Made by a program: the position numbers and the translations under genes | In this document: positions 25,744 through 39,070 of the stretch, in pieces | How positions within the stretch are numbered: position 1 is the first letter of the stretch | Layout of the letters: every line of letters starts with the position of its first letter | DNA from: Paraspadella gotoi | Lineage: Eukaryota; Animalia; Chaetognatha | NCBI GenBank assembly: GCA_051294375.1 | Contig: CM119266.1 | Coordinates: forward strand, 14,001,614 to 14,065,613 | Length of the DNA: 64,000 bases | Reading direction: 5' to 3' | Notes under the pieces: generated by a model | What the model was told of the DNA's origin: nothing | The model's input: the letters and a program-made list of their open reading frames with translations, nothing else | The model's database searches: none

Positions 25744-27164
25744 CGTCGACCCCGTCAAAGAGAATCCCCAAAAAATCCGCCATCTTTTTTTTTTTCCAAC
25801 CTCATGAATCGTTCGTCACTACGCACGGTTTAGATTTACCCTCTTCTCCGCCGTCTCCATGACCACTGATTGCCTCCGCGGGTATTTTCGATGTCTTTCT
25901 GATCGAATCGGTTGCCAAGTTTGTTTCTTAAAAAAAATGATTGAACGTGATTTTACTCAGAACTTCAAGTTTTGAATATCAACTTATTTTCAAATTCATA
26001 AATTTTTCGACTTATCATTCGTCTCCTTCCGCACTCACCCATCTCCATCTCTCATCCTTACCCTCTTTTCCCATTTTCTTTCACCCTCACCTCATCTCTT
26101 CCCCTCCCCCCTTGCCCTCCTCCCCCATCTCTCCCTCCCGCTCAACCCGAAAAGACCGACTCCACCCGAAACCAGAAATATAAAAACGGCCTCCGAGTTT
26201 AAAACTATTAACGTCTTCGTCGTTGCATGACTTCCATAAGATTCCATGCACGGAATCTTCTATATCGTCGTCGTCGTCGTCGTCGTCGTCGTCTAAAGTT
26301 TCACAGGCGGCTCGCCTTGAGACTTAACGTCATAAGACGACTTAGTCATATTGGCCTTGACTCAGGCTCACAAGCTTGCGGTCTTCCTCGTCACTACGCG
26401 TCGCTGACGTCATCTTTCGATTTGTTGTCGTTGTTGTTGTCGTCCTTCGATCTTCCTCGTCCATTTTTTTGGTCGCCGTAGATCGTTGTTGTTATCCTTT
26501 GATGCTTCTATTTCATTCCCGATTGTTATCTTCCTCTCGATAAATCATTTTTTTCATTACGAATTGACTATTGTCGCTTTTTCTCTCCAGTTATGGTCTC
26601 TCGTTATCATCATTGTCACGTGTACTCGCCCTGCCATAAAGCAGAATCAGGAATTTTAGTTAGATAAATGAAACCTACTTCTGGAAAGAAGCGCAAAAAC
26701 CTGTGTAATACACAGAAATACACAGTGTGTATGTCATATACTTTATAAAATAAGTTATATTTTTAGTAAATAAAAATTGTCAATAAATGTGGATTTTTGA
26801 AGGTAAGTTTTTGTTAATTTTTGTAATTTTTTAAAAAGACTTTGAATTAAAATATGTTATATAAAACTTATTATCTCGTTAAGTCGACGTCGACTTCGAT
26901 TAAACTAAATATCGTCATCTTTCGTTGTCGACGTCGTCTTGTCTTTGCCATCAATTTGTTTATTTTATTTTATTTTTTTATGATTTGTTTATCTTTTTTC
27001 GGTTGTCAGATTTCGTCTTTCAACATTCGCACGTTTTTTTCCGGCGGCGATGTTGAAAATTGATTTATGATGACCGCGAAGATGATGAGGAGGAAGAGTA
27101 AAGACTTTCGAAGGATGAAACATGAGAAGAATGCCCTGAAAGAGAAAGAAAAAGAAAGAAAGAA

Positions 27165-27211
<47 letters not shown>

Positions 27212-27519
27212 TAAGCAAGCAAGTATTGAAAAAACAAGAAAGAAAACAAAAAAAAATCAGGAAACGAAGGAACCAACAGACAAGTAAGAAAAGTATAGAG
27301 ATGAAGAGGAAACGTCAAAATTAAAAAATAAAAAGAACTAGAACAAGAAAAAATGTTAGAATCATTGGCGGAGAGAAAAAATGACAAGAACACGAAAATA
27401 AGAAAGAATTACGAGAAGAAATTAAGAAAAGTCGAACGAACGTCTTTTTCGTCGGGAACTTTAAAGGATACAGAGCAAGAGTCTCAAATTGACAAGAAAT
27501 ATAAATACGAGAGAGAGAA

Positions 27520-27560
<41 letters not shown>

Positions 27561-30380
27561 GAGAGAGAGAGAGAGAGAGAGATAGTGACGACGAGAGTGA
27601 AGGGAGGATGACAAGCGGGAAAATTATTTTTCACAGCGGCATTCTGTTTTATAACCTGTTGACAAATACTTTGCCCCGCCATGACGTAGAGAGAAAAAAA
27701 TGCGTTGTTTGCTTTCTAAATAGATATTGCGTTTCTAACATGTTTTTATGATAAATTTATTTATTATTCTGTATTATCCATGTAAATTAAAAATGTTTTT
27801 TTGCATATTTGTCATAGAGCGCAAAGGTTAATGGCAAGATTATCGCCAAAGTCTTTCTGATTTTGTTTAGTTGCACTAATTTCATAATTTCGAAATTACA
27901 CAAGTGAGTGAATTGTGAATAAAGAAAGCTTTTTAGTTGTTCGTCGGGAGAAATTAAGTTTCATAAAAAAAAACTAAATGCGAGAAACTTTTAAAAATCA
28001 ATTTAATATCAAAAACATTTTAGTAATAAATCATTTAATCGATTTATTGAGTGACAAAGAGCATCCCTCAAGGATCTTCGAATTCATCGAACCCTCCCGC
28101 CAATCCCGCCCGCCTTCAAATTCGCGTCAACCTGAGCCACGTCTTCTTCAGTGAGTCTCGTGCGTGACGCGTGATCCGAACGCGGCTGTAGACGCTGCGT
28201 CGCTGCGAATCCGCCGCTGCAGCCGCTGTAGATCCTTCGGCTCCACCCCCGTCAATCCAGAGTCGATTCCGCAAAACCCCATCATCCTCTCCACCGTCTC
28301 CTCCGACGCCGTCACGAACTCCTCGAATCGAATCGTCATAATCTTCTCGTTGTATTCCTTCCGGCCGCCGCAGCTCCCGCACCGTCAGCGCCGCGGGAAG
28401 AAACCACAGATAAACAGCGCCGTCGTCGAGATCCTCCCAACTTCCGCCGCCCGCTCGCCGATGCGCGTCTCCAACGCTTTGTCCATCTCCTCCAACCGCA
28501 ACGCCGACGTCCAACCCTCGAACCGGCCGGCGCCACTCGACCTCGTCGTCGACGACGCGCCGCAAACCGGCGACGACCAGGCGCCGGACGGAGGACGCCG
28601 AGCCGGAGGCCGTGATCGTCGGAAAAGAGACGCCGGCCGATGATCGGGAGGGCGTGGCCGAAGCCGAGGGCCCGGAGCGCTGTTCGGTGGAGACGCGAAG
28701 GATCGAGTCGAGGGTCGGGCGCGGGCGGCGATGAGTATAGAGGAATCGGGCGTCGAAGGAAGGGCGGGGGAAGGCGTCGAGGGCGTCCTTGAGAAGCCAG
28801 GGGAGTTGACGAGTTTGACGGCGACGAGGTCGACTAACCGGTCAAAAAGCAGAAATCAATCAGCAGACGATATTTATTTTTTTTTTATCTTAGCTGATTT
28901 TGTTCAAAAAAACAAACAAACAAAATGAAAAGCAAAACAAAAACGCTTGGAGTCAATTTCTTAGTTAAACAGATTAAATGATTTAAATGATTCATTCATT
29001 CCACGACGAACAACGACCGACGACGTCCTGCTTTTGGAACGGTTAATTTATTATGAGTAAGTTTAATTTGAATAAAAAAAAAAACAAACGTATTTTCAGA
29101 TTTAATTACACTATATTCACACTGCCCGCCTGATTTCGGTTCAATAAAAAAGCGACTGACGACGAAGAAAAGAACCGAAAAGGAAACAAGTTTCGCCCGA
29201 GAGTCCCCGCCTCAGCGTCCAGCACGGGCACGTGGGCGAAGGGCTGCGGCTCGCTGATGGCCAGAGGAGTTGGGAAAACGACTCGAAACGTCTTGCAGGT
29301 CGCCGTGCTTGCCGCTGCGAGGAGGCTGAACACCGAAGACGACTTTCCATTGCGCGCGGGAGCGAGGCGGAGGGGCGTTTAAAGTCTTGCAGCCGTTCTT
29401 CCGCCAAGCGACGAAAACGTTTCCAAGGGGGGAACAGACGCCGAACTCTTCCGACGTGCTATCGTAGATGAGAGAGAAGAAGCAGAAAGGTTCACGTGTG
29501 GAGTCGTAGACGCTTCACACCTGAAGGACGGTTGCTGAAAAGGGGATAAAGTGAATAAGAGAAGAATAGAAAATAGGAATTAATGACTAAATAGAAACAT
29601 AAAGATATGAAGGTGAATTAGGAAAATATGAAGAAGAGTAAAAAATAAGGAGAATAAAAGAATAAAGATAATTATAGAATCGAGAGTATGAGTGAATATT
29701 GGTTAGTCCATTTATTCACGTTTCAGCATAGAATTTAAAAATGGCCAATCTTGACCCGTTTTTGCCGCTTTTTTTTCGTGTTCCCACCTTCTTCGATTCT
29801 TCGACGAAAAGTCGCACCCTCCTCCCATCAGATGGAACAGATGCACGCGCGGAATCGTTCCACGCAATCTCTTCGGCGTCTTCGTTTCTCGCTGTGCCAC
29901 TTGATGAAAAATACGTTCTGTCCATTCCGTCACGAGCGGATCGACGCGAGGATCGTGTCGCCAGAGACGCGGGCGAACCATCGAGCGGCCGTCGCGTGAG
30001 CCCCGGCGACGCACGCCGTCGTTGACGATCGGCCGGCGCCGACGACGAGAGACAAAAAACCGACCGCAGGCGCGCGACGAGACGAAGCAGGCGGCAAGAA
30101 AGAAGGAAAACGTGGAAAGACGGGGAATTGCAAAGACGACGGACCAGGGGATGACCGGCGCGCCATCGCCTGCGGTAGACGAACAGCGATTACGTAGGAT
30201 TTCTTTTATTTTTTATTTATTTTTTTTACCTATCTCTTCGCGTCATGAGTAAGATAAGCCGAATTGATTAACTGACTTTTAGAGAGAAAATCTGTGTCAT
30301 CAAAACAGATCAGAGATTGGAAATAGGACCGTATAGGATTCGTCCCCACCCGCGGATTGAAACTAGATAATCAACAAAGT

Positions 30381-30435
<55 letters not shown>

Positions 30436-32748
30436 CTCCTCTCTCTCCTCTCTCTCTCTATTGTGTTATTTCAGATTTTAACCTCGCCACCGACTCTATT
30501 ATAGTCACACCCAACTCATTCAATTCCCATTCAAATTTCCTATCGACCCTCCAAACATCTCTTTCCCCAATGCTGTTCTCCTTTCTCACGGGAACAGGAG
30601 CTCGTAAACGTCAGGACCGGGCCCCTTTTTGTTCACGACCAGAGTTTGTCGCCCTTAAACCGCCAAGACACTCGATTGTTCCTTGTTTTTTTTCACTTCG
30701 TCCTTTTCAGTCGCCAAAGAACGTTGTCGTTCTCTTTTCCTGGGGTTCGCAGACTAGGGATGTGAAGTTTATTTTTCATTCATTAATTTGTCCTGTTGTA
30801 TGGCAAAGTTTAAGACTCATATGTTTCCTAAACTAAAAAAAATTGACGACTAAAAATTAAAAAATATATATTTTTAAACAAAACTGTATTTGAAAGATTC
30901 TTGAATTTTGTTGTCCAAATGATTTAATGTTAACTGATAACTGAGCCATATTACATAAAATGATGTCCGAAAACAAACAACATCAACAACAACAACACTT
31001 CCGGTTCGACCTCTGCGGGGAAGTTGTAAAGCGATCTAGAGTAAGGATCATGCGGTGGTTGGAAGGAGAGAGTTGAGAGAAACGTCCTTTGTATTAACTC
31101 AATCTCACGATGACATTTCCCAATACAAACCTTGGCGGCTTTTCAATTCTCAGAACTGGGCACGGGGATAAATTTGTTGTTATTCATCGGCCGGAAAGAA
31201 GGCGCGAACTGCCGAAGCTAATGAAATGGTGGGTATCCAAAACAGGCTGCAAATAGTATTCTTTGATCCCACCATTATGTACCTAATTAGTTATTGTATT
31301 ATTATGTTGGTTTGAATCAGTTCGGCAGGAGAAAGTAAAACTTACTTTCGAAAAAATATTCAAGAAACTCTAAAACTAAACGTTGAAAAATAAAAACGCG
31401 AAAGCACAAAAATGGTTTTTAGTCTAAAAATAAAAAATGAATTGTAAAATTGTCGTCGTTCGTTCGCCCGAAGAATGAAGAAGCGGACGAAACGTAAAAC
31501 TTATGCGATATTAATCGAAAAAAAGGGAAACTTCTTTCTTCGTCTCCTCAGATTCTTCGTCGCTGTTTTTCTTCCTCTTTCGCCAGTTATCCCATCGTGC
31601 CAGTCCCGACTGCCACCCTCTTCTTTCTTCTATTTTCCGCTTTTCTCATTTCTCCTGTACGCTGCACCCCCTTCTTACCTCCAGGAAGTCGTTGTCCTAT
31701 TTTTTCGCTCGAAAAAAACAACCCGGTTGTGATTAAAAAAAGAAGAGTGCGGGCAGGATCTGCCCTGTCCTTTTTTTTGGGGTGCTTGTGCTTTCCTTTC
31801 CTCTTGGGTTGCTTTCCTTCTGCTTTATTTGGTGTATTCCTTCTTCTGTAGATTGCTTGGCCAGTTTACTCCATCCTAGATTTCGCTATTTCTCTTTGCT
31901 CTTTCTTTCTCTTTATCTTTCTTTTTCTTTCTTTCAATCTTGTCTTATTTCGTAGAAAACACGTAGCGAAAACTTTATTTTCCCAAAAAACGGAACACGT
32001 TATATGCGCGCCCCAAGAAGCCGGTCCCTATTTTCGGCAGGAAAAAATAAATGACAAACGAGAAGAACCGAAGCGAGTGAAAAAGTAAAAAAAGAATCGC
32101 TCAAAAAATGTTTGAATACGTTTTACCGCCCCGGTTCTTTGCCCTTAACTACTACCTCCCCCTTCAACCGAACTCCCCTCCGTCGCCAGCTCCAGGGCTC
32201 AACGGCGACGGAAAACTGTTCCTGTTTCTTTAACCCCCCCTCCTTTTTTTCCTCTCTTTTTCACCCAAAAAAGCGCCAATTGAACTGCAGAATTGATTGT
32301 CATCTGTGAGTTGCTGTAAAACAAACTGCGACCCGCGAGTTACGCTTCGAAACGCTTCAAAGTTTATTTTGGACGCCGAGGGGTTGCCGAAGCGGGGCGG
32401 TGGGGGCCGGGGGGGGGGCGGGTGGGGTCGGGGGGTGGGCTCCTTATGGGGTGGTTGGGAATGGCAGAGGAGTTGTTTCGCTATTGTTTTTTTTTTTTTT
32501 TTTTGGCTTGGGCACGTGGGCGTGGCGTCTTTGCGGAGTAAACTTGCTTGGGAGAAGGATGAAGAGTTTAGGACTTCAGGGGAAGAAAGGTTAATGAGTG
32601 ATCATTCTCATGGTACAAGTGCCCAAAGCGCAAGGTTCATGGATGTAGGATAAAAAATGATCGTTCTTTCCCCGAAGAAGGTGGAGAACCAGCGAGAGAA
32701 ATGCGATACGATATTGTGTATCAGATGGATTCAGATTTCAAAAACGTG
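23893..32748 (-). repeat. Inverted copy of about 15538-23867 (right arm of an approximately 17-kb palindrome centred on a 25-N gap)
   Basis: Colinear reverse-complement match throughout, for example 24400-24560 vs 23330-23480 and 32720-32748 vs 15538-15570. Near-identical close to the gap, with many more 1-2 nt indels beyond about 29 kb. Confidence 0.95.
28068..30166 (-). pseudogene. Frameshifted inverted copy of the sulfotransferase-like gene (probably an assembly artefact)
   Basis: Reverse complement of 18015-20038, introns included. Fragments MTIRFEEFVTASEETVERMMGFCG and LAISEPQPFAHVPVL fall in different frames because of indels. Confidence 0.75.
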
Positions 32749-33227
32749 AGAGAGAGAGTGAGAGATTTTCTACTTTTCCCGTCCAAGGCAGTAAACGATT
32801 TCCATTTTTTTTCGTGGCGTCTAAAATTTTGTCATAAAGAAATATCTGAAAATAAGGCAGTAAATATAGTCTATGTATATTAATAATAATAACATTGTAA
32901 ATTTTAATTATAAGAATAAAATAATAATGTAAATGTTCATAGCAAAACCATTGTAAATTTTACTTCGGCGTCGCGCTGGATGTCGGACAAACCCAGCTAC
33001 AATTTCGCTCATGAAGATTCATTAAAATCTGAAAAGTCAATCGATCAAATTAAAAAATAAGATGTTGCGTTGGTGGATGTCGCAGCGGCGGCCGCCCGAC
33101 GCAGCACCAGCAGCAGCCACGAACTGGCCACAGGTCTGGGCGGCGATGGGAGTTGGGGAACGGGGATTTATCTCCCTTGAACGCGCTGTTTACAATTCGG
33201 ATTCCTAGCTCATAGATCATGAAGCAA

Positions 33228-33292
<65 letters not shown>

Positions 33293-34356
33293 TTTTAAGA
33301 TTTTGTACACATTTTTCCTAAGATTTTGTATAAAAAAACGTGTAAGGGCAAGAAAATAAATCAAGAAAATGAGGAGTGAACTAATTTGTGAAAAATATGC
33401 CGAAGGAATGTGAATCCCGTCAAGGAGAAAAAATATTTTCTCTCCTCTATGAAAAAAAAGAGAATAATTCAAAAACAAAAAAAAACAACAAAAAAAATTA
33501 ACAAACCTAGCTATTCAACGAGTCGGGCATTCACATCGACGTCTACGTACAGGAAGAAAAGAAAAAGCGCCTCCAGGTACATGAAAAAATATTTTAAACA
33601 AAAACCTTTATTCCCTTTTAAAGCCTTTCACATTTTTTTTATTTTTTAAAATGAATATAACTGAACGCGATAAGACCTAATGACTCCATTAAAGTAGGAG
33701 TCGCCGCCGGGAATTTTTTTGTGTTTTTTTTCCTTACTTTCTTTTTTTTCCCCGTTATTCTTATTTGTAGAAAGGATTATTATTTTTCTTTTTTTCCCCT
33801 TCTTACCGGAGACTTAAAAAAGCGCTAGAAAAAACTTGAGGGAAAAAAAATTTGTTTTTAATTTTTGCTTTAAATTTTTGAATGATTTAACTCTCTCTAG
33901 GTGTCACGTTGGTTCACGGAGAAATTATAATAGATGCCGCCTCAATTATGGCGAGACGGTAATGGAAGGATGGGTGGGAAAACTCAAGTTTATGCCGCTA
34001 ATCTTGTAATAAATGGGGCGGATGAAAACAACTCTTTTGGGTTATATAATTTCGAAAACCATTTTTTTTAAAAATCAAGAAGGTGGTAGCCAATAACCCT
34101 CACATTTAAGATAATTTACAAGTTACTAAAAAAACCATTTTTTTTCCGAGATCTGCAAAATGAAAACTACCAAAATAGCCCAACCATACCAACGCAGTGA
34201 AATGCAGGCTCTCAGCTCACCAAAAACCCACGTGAGTTAATTCACCTCTCACCAGAAGCCTCGCAGAAGGACAACAACCTTGTTATCGCTTCGTCACCGT
34301 CCCGGTTGAAAAAAAGTGCATTGACCACAGCAGGAGAGAGAACAGGGGGAAAAATC

Positions 34357-34397
<41 letters not shown>

Positions 34398-34524
34398 CAT
34401 CTCTCTTCTCTCTCTCTCTCCTCTCCTCTCTCTCTTTCACCATTCATACAAACAAAAACAAGAAATTCATTTCCCGCGCGGCAGAAATATTGATTGACTG
34501 CCCGTGTTGACAAAATCCGTGGTG

Positions 34525-34569
<45 letters not shown>

Positions 34570-34754
34570 AGAGAGGAGAGAGAGAGAGGAGAGAGAGAGA
34601 AAATCGACGTACAAAAAATGTTCACTATAATTCATCTTTCCCTTTTCCATGCTAACGGTTTCCCTCCAAAAACTCGATACCTCTTGTATGTTTATTTGTT
34701 TACGAGTTTGTTTACGTCGCCGTTTCTCTGTTTCACATCAACGAAAGTCTCTCT

Positions 34755-34803
<49 letters not shown>

Positions 34804-35055
34804 CTCTCTCTCTTCTTCTCATCTCTTCTCTCTCTTTCTCGTCACCGCTCTCGAAGCTGGCGTTCCCATGGAAGCCTTTCGCTTCCTTCCACACACCAAG
34901 TCTTCGTCTCTTCTTCCTCTTCTTCCAACGATTCACTGTGTATCCCTTTAAAACCCGAGGGATCTGATCGGGACCAGTGTGGAGATTATATTTGCATAAT
35001 AAATAATCCTATTGAGGCCGAAGAGAAAAACCTTAAAGTAGTATCTCACAGATAA

Positions 35056-35094
<39 letters not shown>

Positions 35095-35191
35095 GCATTA
35101 GACAAAACGATATTAACGAATTACGGTCATCCATTTACTCAATCAAAAGGCCAACTTAAGATTCATATTACGTGAGAATTTGTTTAGCGTC

Positions 35192-35228
35192 TTTTATTAT
35201 CGAGCCTTGACCGGCGAAGCCGGGTCAG
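35192..35228 (+). mobile_element. Helentron/HINE-like 5' terminal hairpin; element body is the reverse complement of about 40260-40388, with a full noisy copy at 43600-43815
   Basis: T-run, then GAGCCTTGACCGGC-GAA-GCCGGGTCAG(GCTC), then TATAATGTTTT, then a (GTC)n microsatellite. This is the layout of DINE-1/Pearl-type non-autonomous Helentrons. Confidence 0.5.
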
Positions 35229-35239
35229 TGTGTCTTCTT

Positions 35240-37155
35240 CCTTTCCTTCTTAGGGTCACTCTCTCGTAATATTTTCTTGTCAATTTGGGGAGACTCTTTG
35301 CTCTGGTATCTTTATATGTTCACACGACCGGGAAAAAGATACGTTCGTTGTTCGATACTTCTTAAATTTCTTCTCGTAATTCTTTCTTAATTTTGCCGGT
35401 GTTCTTTTGTCATTTTTTTTCTCTCCGCCACTGATTCTATAACGATTTTATTATCTTGGTTCTAGTTCTTTTATTAATTTTTGAATAGTGTTGACCTTTC
35501 CTCTCATCTCTATACTTTTCTTACTTGTCTGTTGGTCCTAGTCGTTCCTGATTTTTTTGTGTTTTCTTTCCTGTTTTTTTTTCATATACTTCCTTGCTTA
35601 CTTGCCGTTGCTTGGCTGCTTGCTTTGCTTGCTTGCTTGCTTGGCGTTGCTTGCTTTTGCTTGCTTTCTTTTTCTTTCTTTCTCCTTTTAGGCATCCTTT
35701 CTCATGTTTCATCTTCGAGAAGTCCTCTTACTCCTTCCTCTCAATTGATCTTCCGGTCATCATAAATCAATTTTCAATCATCGGGCCGCCGAAAAAAAAA
35801 GCCGTGCGAATGTTGAAAGCGAAATTCTGAACAACCGAAAAAGATAAACAAATCAATAAAAAAAGTAAAATAAAATAAACAAATTGATGGCAAAGGACAA
35901 GAGACGTCGACAAGCACGAAAGATGACGATATTTTAGTTTAAATCGAAGTCGAGCGTCGACGTTAACGACCGAATAATGGAAGTTTTATCATAACATTTT
36001 TAATTCAAAGTCTTTTAAACAAAATTTACAAAAATTTAACAGAACTTACCTTCAAAAATCCACATTGTATTGACAATTTTTTATTTTACTAAAAAATATA
36101 ACTTGATTTTTATAAAAGTATATGAACATACACAATTGTGTATTTCTGTGTATCACACTAGGTTTTGCCAAATTATTCTTATTCTGTCCAGAAGTGAGTT
36201 TCATTTATCTAACTAAAATTTCCTTGATTCTGGCTTTATGGCAGAGCGACGAGTACACGTGACAATGATGATAACGAGAGCATAACTGGAGAGAAAAAGC
36301 GAACAATAGTCAATTCGTAATGAAAAATATGATTTATCGAGAGAATAGAGTAACAATCGGGAAATGAATAGTAAGCATCAAGTGATATACAACAACGATC
36401 TAACGGCGACCAAAAAAATGGAGAGGAAGATCGAAGGACGACAACAACGAACGACAACAAATCGAAGTTGACGTCAGCGACGCGTAGTGAAGGAAAAGAC
36501 GCGCAAGCTGTGAGCTTGAGTCAAGGCCAATATGACTAAGTCGTCTTATGACGTGAGTCTAAAGGCGAGCGCCGCCCTGTGAACTTTAGACGACGACGAC
36601 GACGACGACGAACAACGACAGATATAGAAGATTCCCGTGCATGGAATCTTATGGAAGTCATGCACGAACGAAGACGTTAATAGTTTTAAACTCGGAGCCT
36701 TTTATTTTCTGGTTTCGGGTGGAGTCGGTGCTTTTCGGGTTGAGCGGAGGAGAGGGAGTAGATGGGGGAGGAGGCAGGGAGGGGGGAAGAGATGAGGTGA
36801 GGGTGAAAGAAAATAGGAAAGAGGGTAAGGGAATAGAGAGATGGAGATGGGTGAGTGCGGAAGGAGACGAAATGATAAGTCGAAAATTTATGAATTGAAA
36901 ATAAGTTGATTATTCCAATACTTGAAGTTCTGAGTAATTCATCACGTTCAAATCAATTTTTTTTAAGAAAACAAACTTGTGGCAACCGATTCGATCAGAA
37001 AGACACGAAAAATAACCCGCGGAGGCAATCAGTGGGTCATGGAGAGCGGAGAAGAGGGTAAAATCTAAACCGTCGCGTAGTACGAAACGATTCCATGAGC
37101 GTGGAAAAAAAAAGATGGCGGATTTTTTGGGGGATTCTCTTTGACGAGGGTCGAC

Positions 37156-37213
<58 letters not shown>

Positions 37214-38026
37214 GAGAGAGAGAGAGAGAGAAGAGACGAGAGAGAGAGAGGAGAGAGGAATTTCTTAATCGAGGTCGTCCAAGGGAAATCGAAGAGAGAC
37301 ATCGTGATTAACGGAGGCGAATATCTCCGTCGCGAAAGCAAATCGAAGGCGATTGAGTTGGCATTGCGGTTTAAAATTTGTATCAGACGATGATGATGAC
37401 GATGAGATGATATGCACGATGGAACGACGACGAGACGAGACGAAGTCGATAGACGATAAAGAACAGAGAAGACAATTATTGTGAAAGATAACGATCTATG
37501 ATCGCGTCAAAGGTGGTGACTTCAAAGAACGCTGAAAAATTAAATGATAACTATTTCAAGAACGTTTGTGCTGAGAGCAAACTAGTTTAGAGCTAATGAT
37601 TAAAAATGTTAAAAATAATGTTTAATTTTAAGCATTTATTAAAAGTTAATATAAAACGTTAATGGACGAAAAAAAAAAGAAAATGACGACGAACGACGGA
37701 ACGACGACGACGACGACGACGTTTTGAAAAGAAGACACGAAGATAGAAAGGCGAAAATACGAAGACTTTGATGTCCAAAGTCAAATGAAGTCAAGAGAAA
37801 AATAGGAGAATGAGAAAAAGAGGAAAGAAAGAAAATGAAGTAAGAAAGAATCAAAAAGAAATAAAAAATTGGAGAAAAAAAGAAAAGAAATCTCTTTGGT
37901 TTTTGTTCGATTGAAACTCTTTTTTTTTTTTTTTTTTTTTGAATCAAACGACGACGGAGAAAATGATGGATTGAGAGAGAGAAATGGAGAGAAAGAAAAA
38001 AATGGAAGAAAGAAAGAAAGAAAGGA

Positions 38027-38058
<32 letters not shown>

Positions 38059-38716
38059 ACAGAAAGAAAGAAAGAAAGGAAAGAAAGAGAAAGAAGACAA
38101 ACTAAAAAGAGAAAGAAAGACAAAACTAAAAAGAGAAAGAAAGAACAAAACTAAAAAAGAAAGAAAGAAAAAGAGAAGAAAGAAAGGAAATAAACAAAAA
38201 GAAAGAAATGAATAACACGAAAAGATACGTAAAAAAAGGCAAGAAAAAAAAAGGAAATTAGAGAAAACAGAAGAAAGAGGGGTATTTTCAGAGAAATACA
38301 GAAAGCAAAAAGGAGAGCAGGGTAAGTGGAAAGGGGGCAACGAAGAAGCTAATCGAGATTATTCTCCGCCGATAAAGTTAAAAAAACTTAAAATTAGTTT
38401 TTCTTAACTCGATTAATTTCCTGTAAGCGAATCTTCTCTCTCGGTTTTTTCGTCGTCGTCTCGAGAACGAAACTCGTCGTCGATGCGTTATATTTTAACG
38501 AAATCAAATTTAAAACAGAAACATGATATGTATCTTGTACTGTTAATTGTTTTCGTCTTTTTTTTTGGTTTTCGTTTTGTTTTCGGCTTTGTTCTTTTAG
38601 TTTTTGTCTTGTTTTTGTCGTCCACGATCGTTTTCGCCTTCGTCTTCGTCTGTGTCTGTTTCCAGCTTTTCAAATTCTACTTGAGAGATTTCAAATAGAT
38701 CTCGAGCAATCTATTT

Positions 38717-38763
<47 letters not shown>

Positions 38764-38990
38764 CTTCAAAAGTCTCAGTCTCTCATCTCTCTAACCCAGC
38801 CATCTCGCTCTCTCTCTCTCTCTCATCTCTTCTCTTCCCGGGTTACGCTCTATCTCTCTCCTACATTGTCCTTCCCCAGAAGGCCGAATAAATTTTCGAC
38901 AGAGCAGGACATCGTCGTGCCAGTTGGACCAAAAAAACGGAGATGAACCGAAATCGAGCCATCGTAAACCAGGGACAATGTATATCATAC
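35240..38990 (+). repeat. Noisy direct copy of about 20610-23850
   Basis: Colinear match with dense insertion-biased errors, for example 36541-36600 vs 21781-21841. Confidence 0.92.
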
Positions 38991-39028
38991 GCGATGAGAG
39001 GAGAAAAAAAAAGAGAGGAGGAAAGAGA

Positions 39029-39070
<42 letters not shown>

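Noticed and set aside
28068-30166. A true sulfotransferase paralogue or natural antisense/hairpin-RNA locus
   Set aside because: Differences are almost all indels with a positional gradient, and the palindrome is centred on a 25-N gap, so an artefact is more parsimonious.
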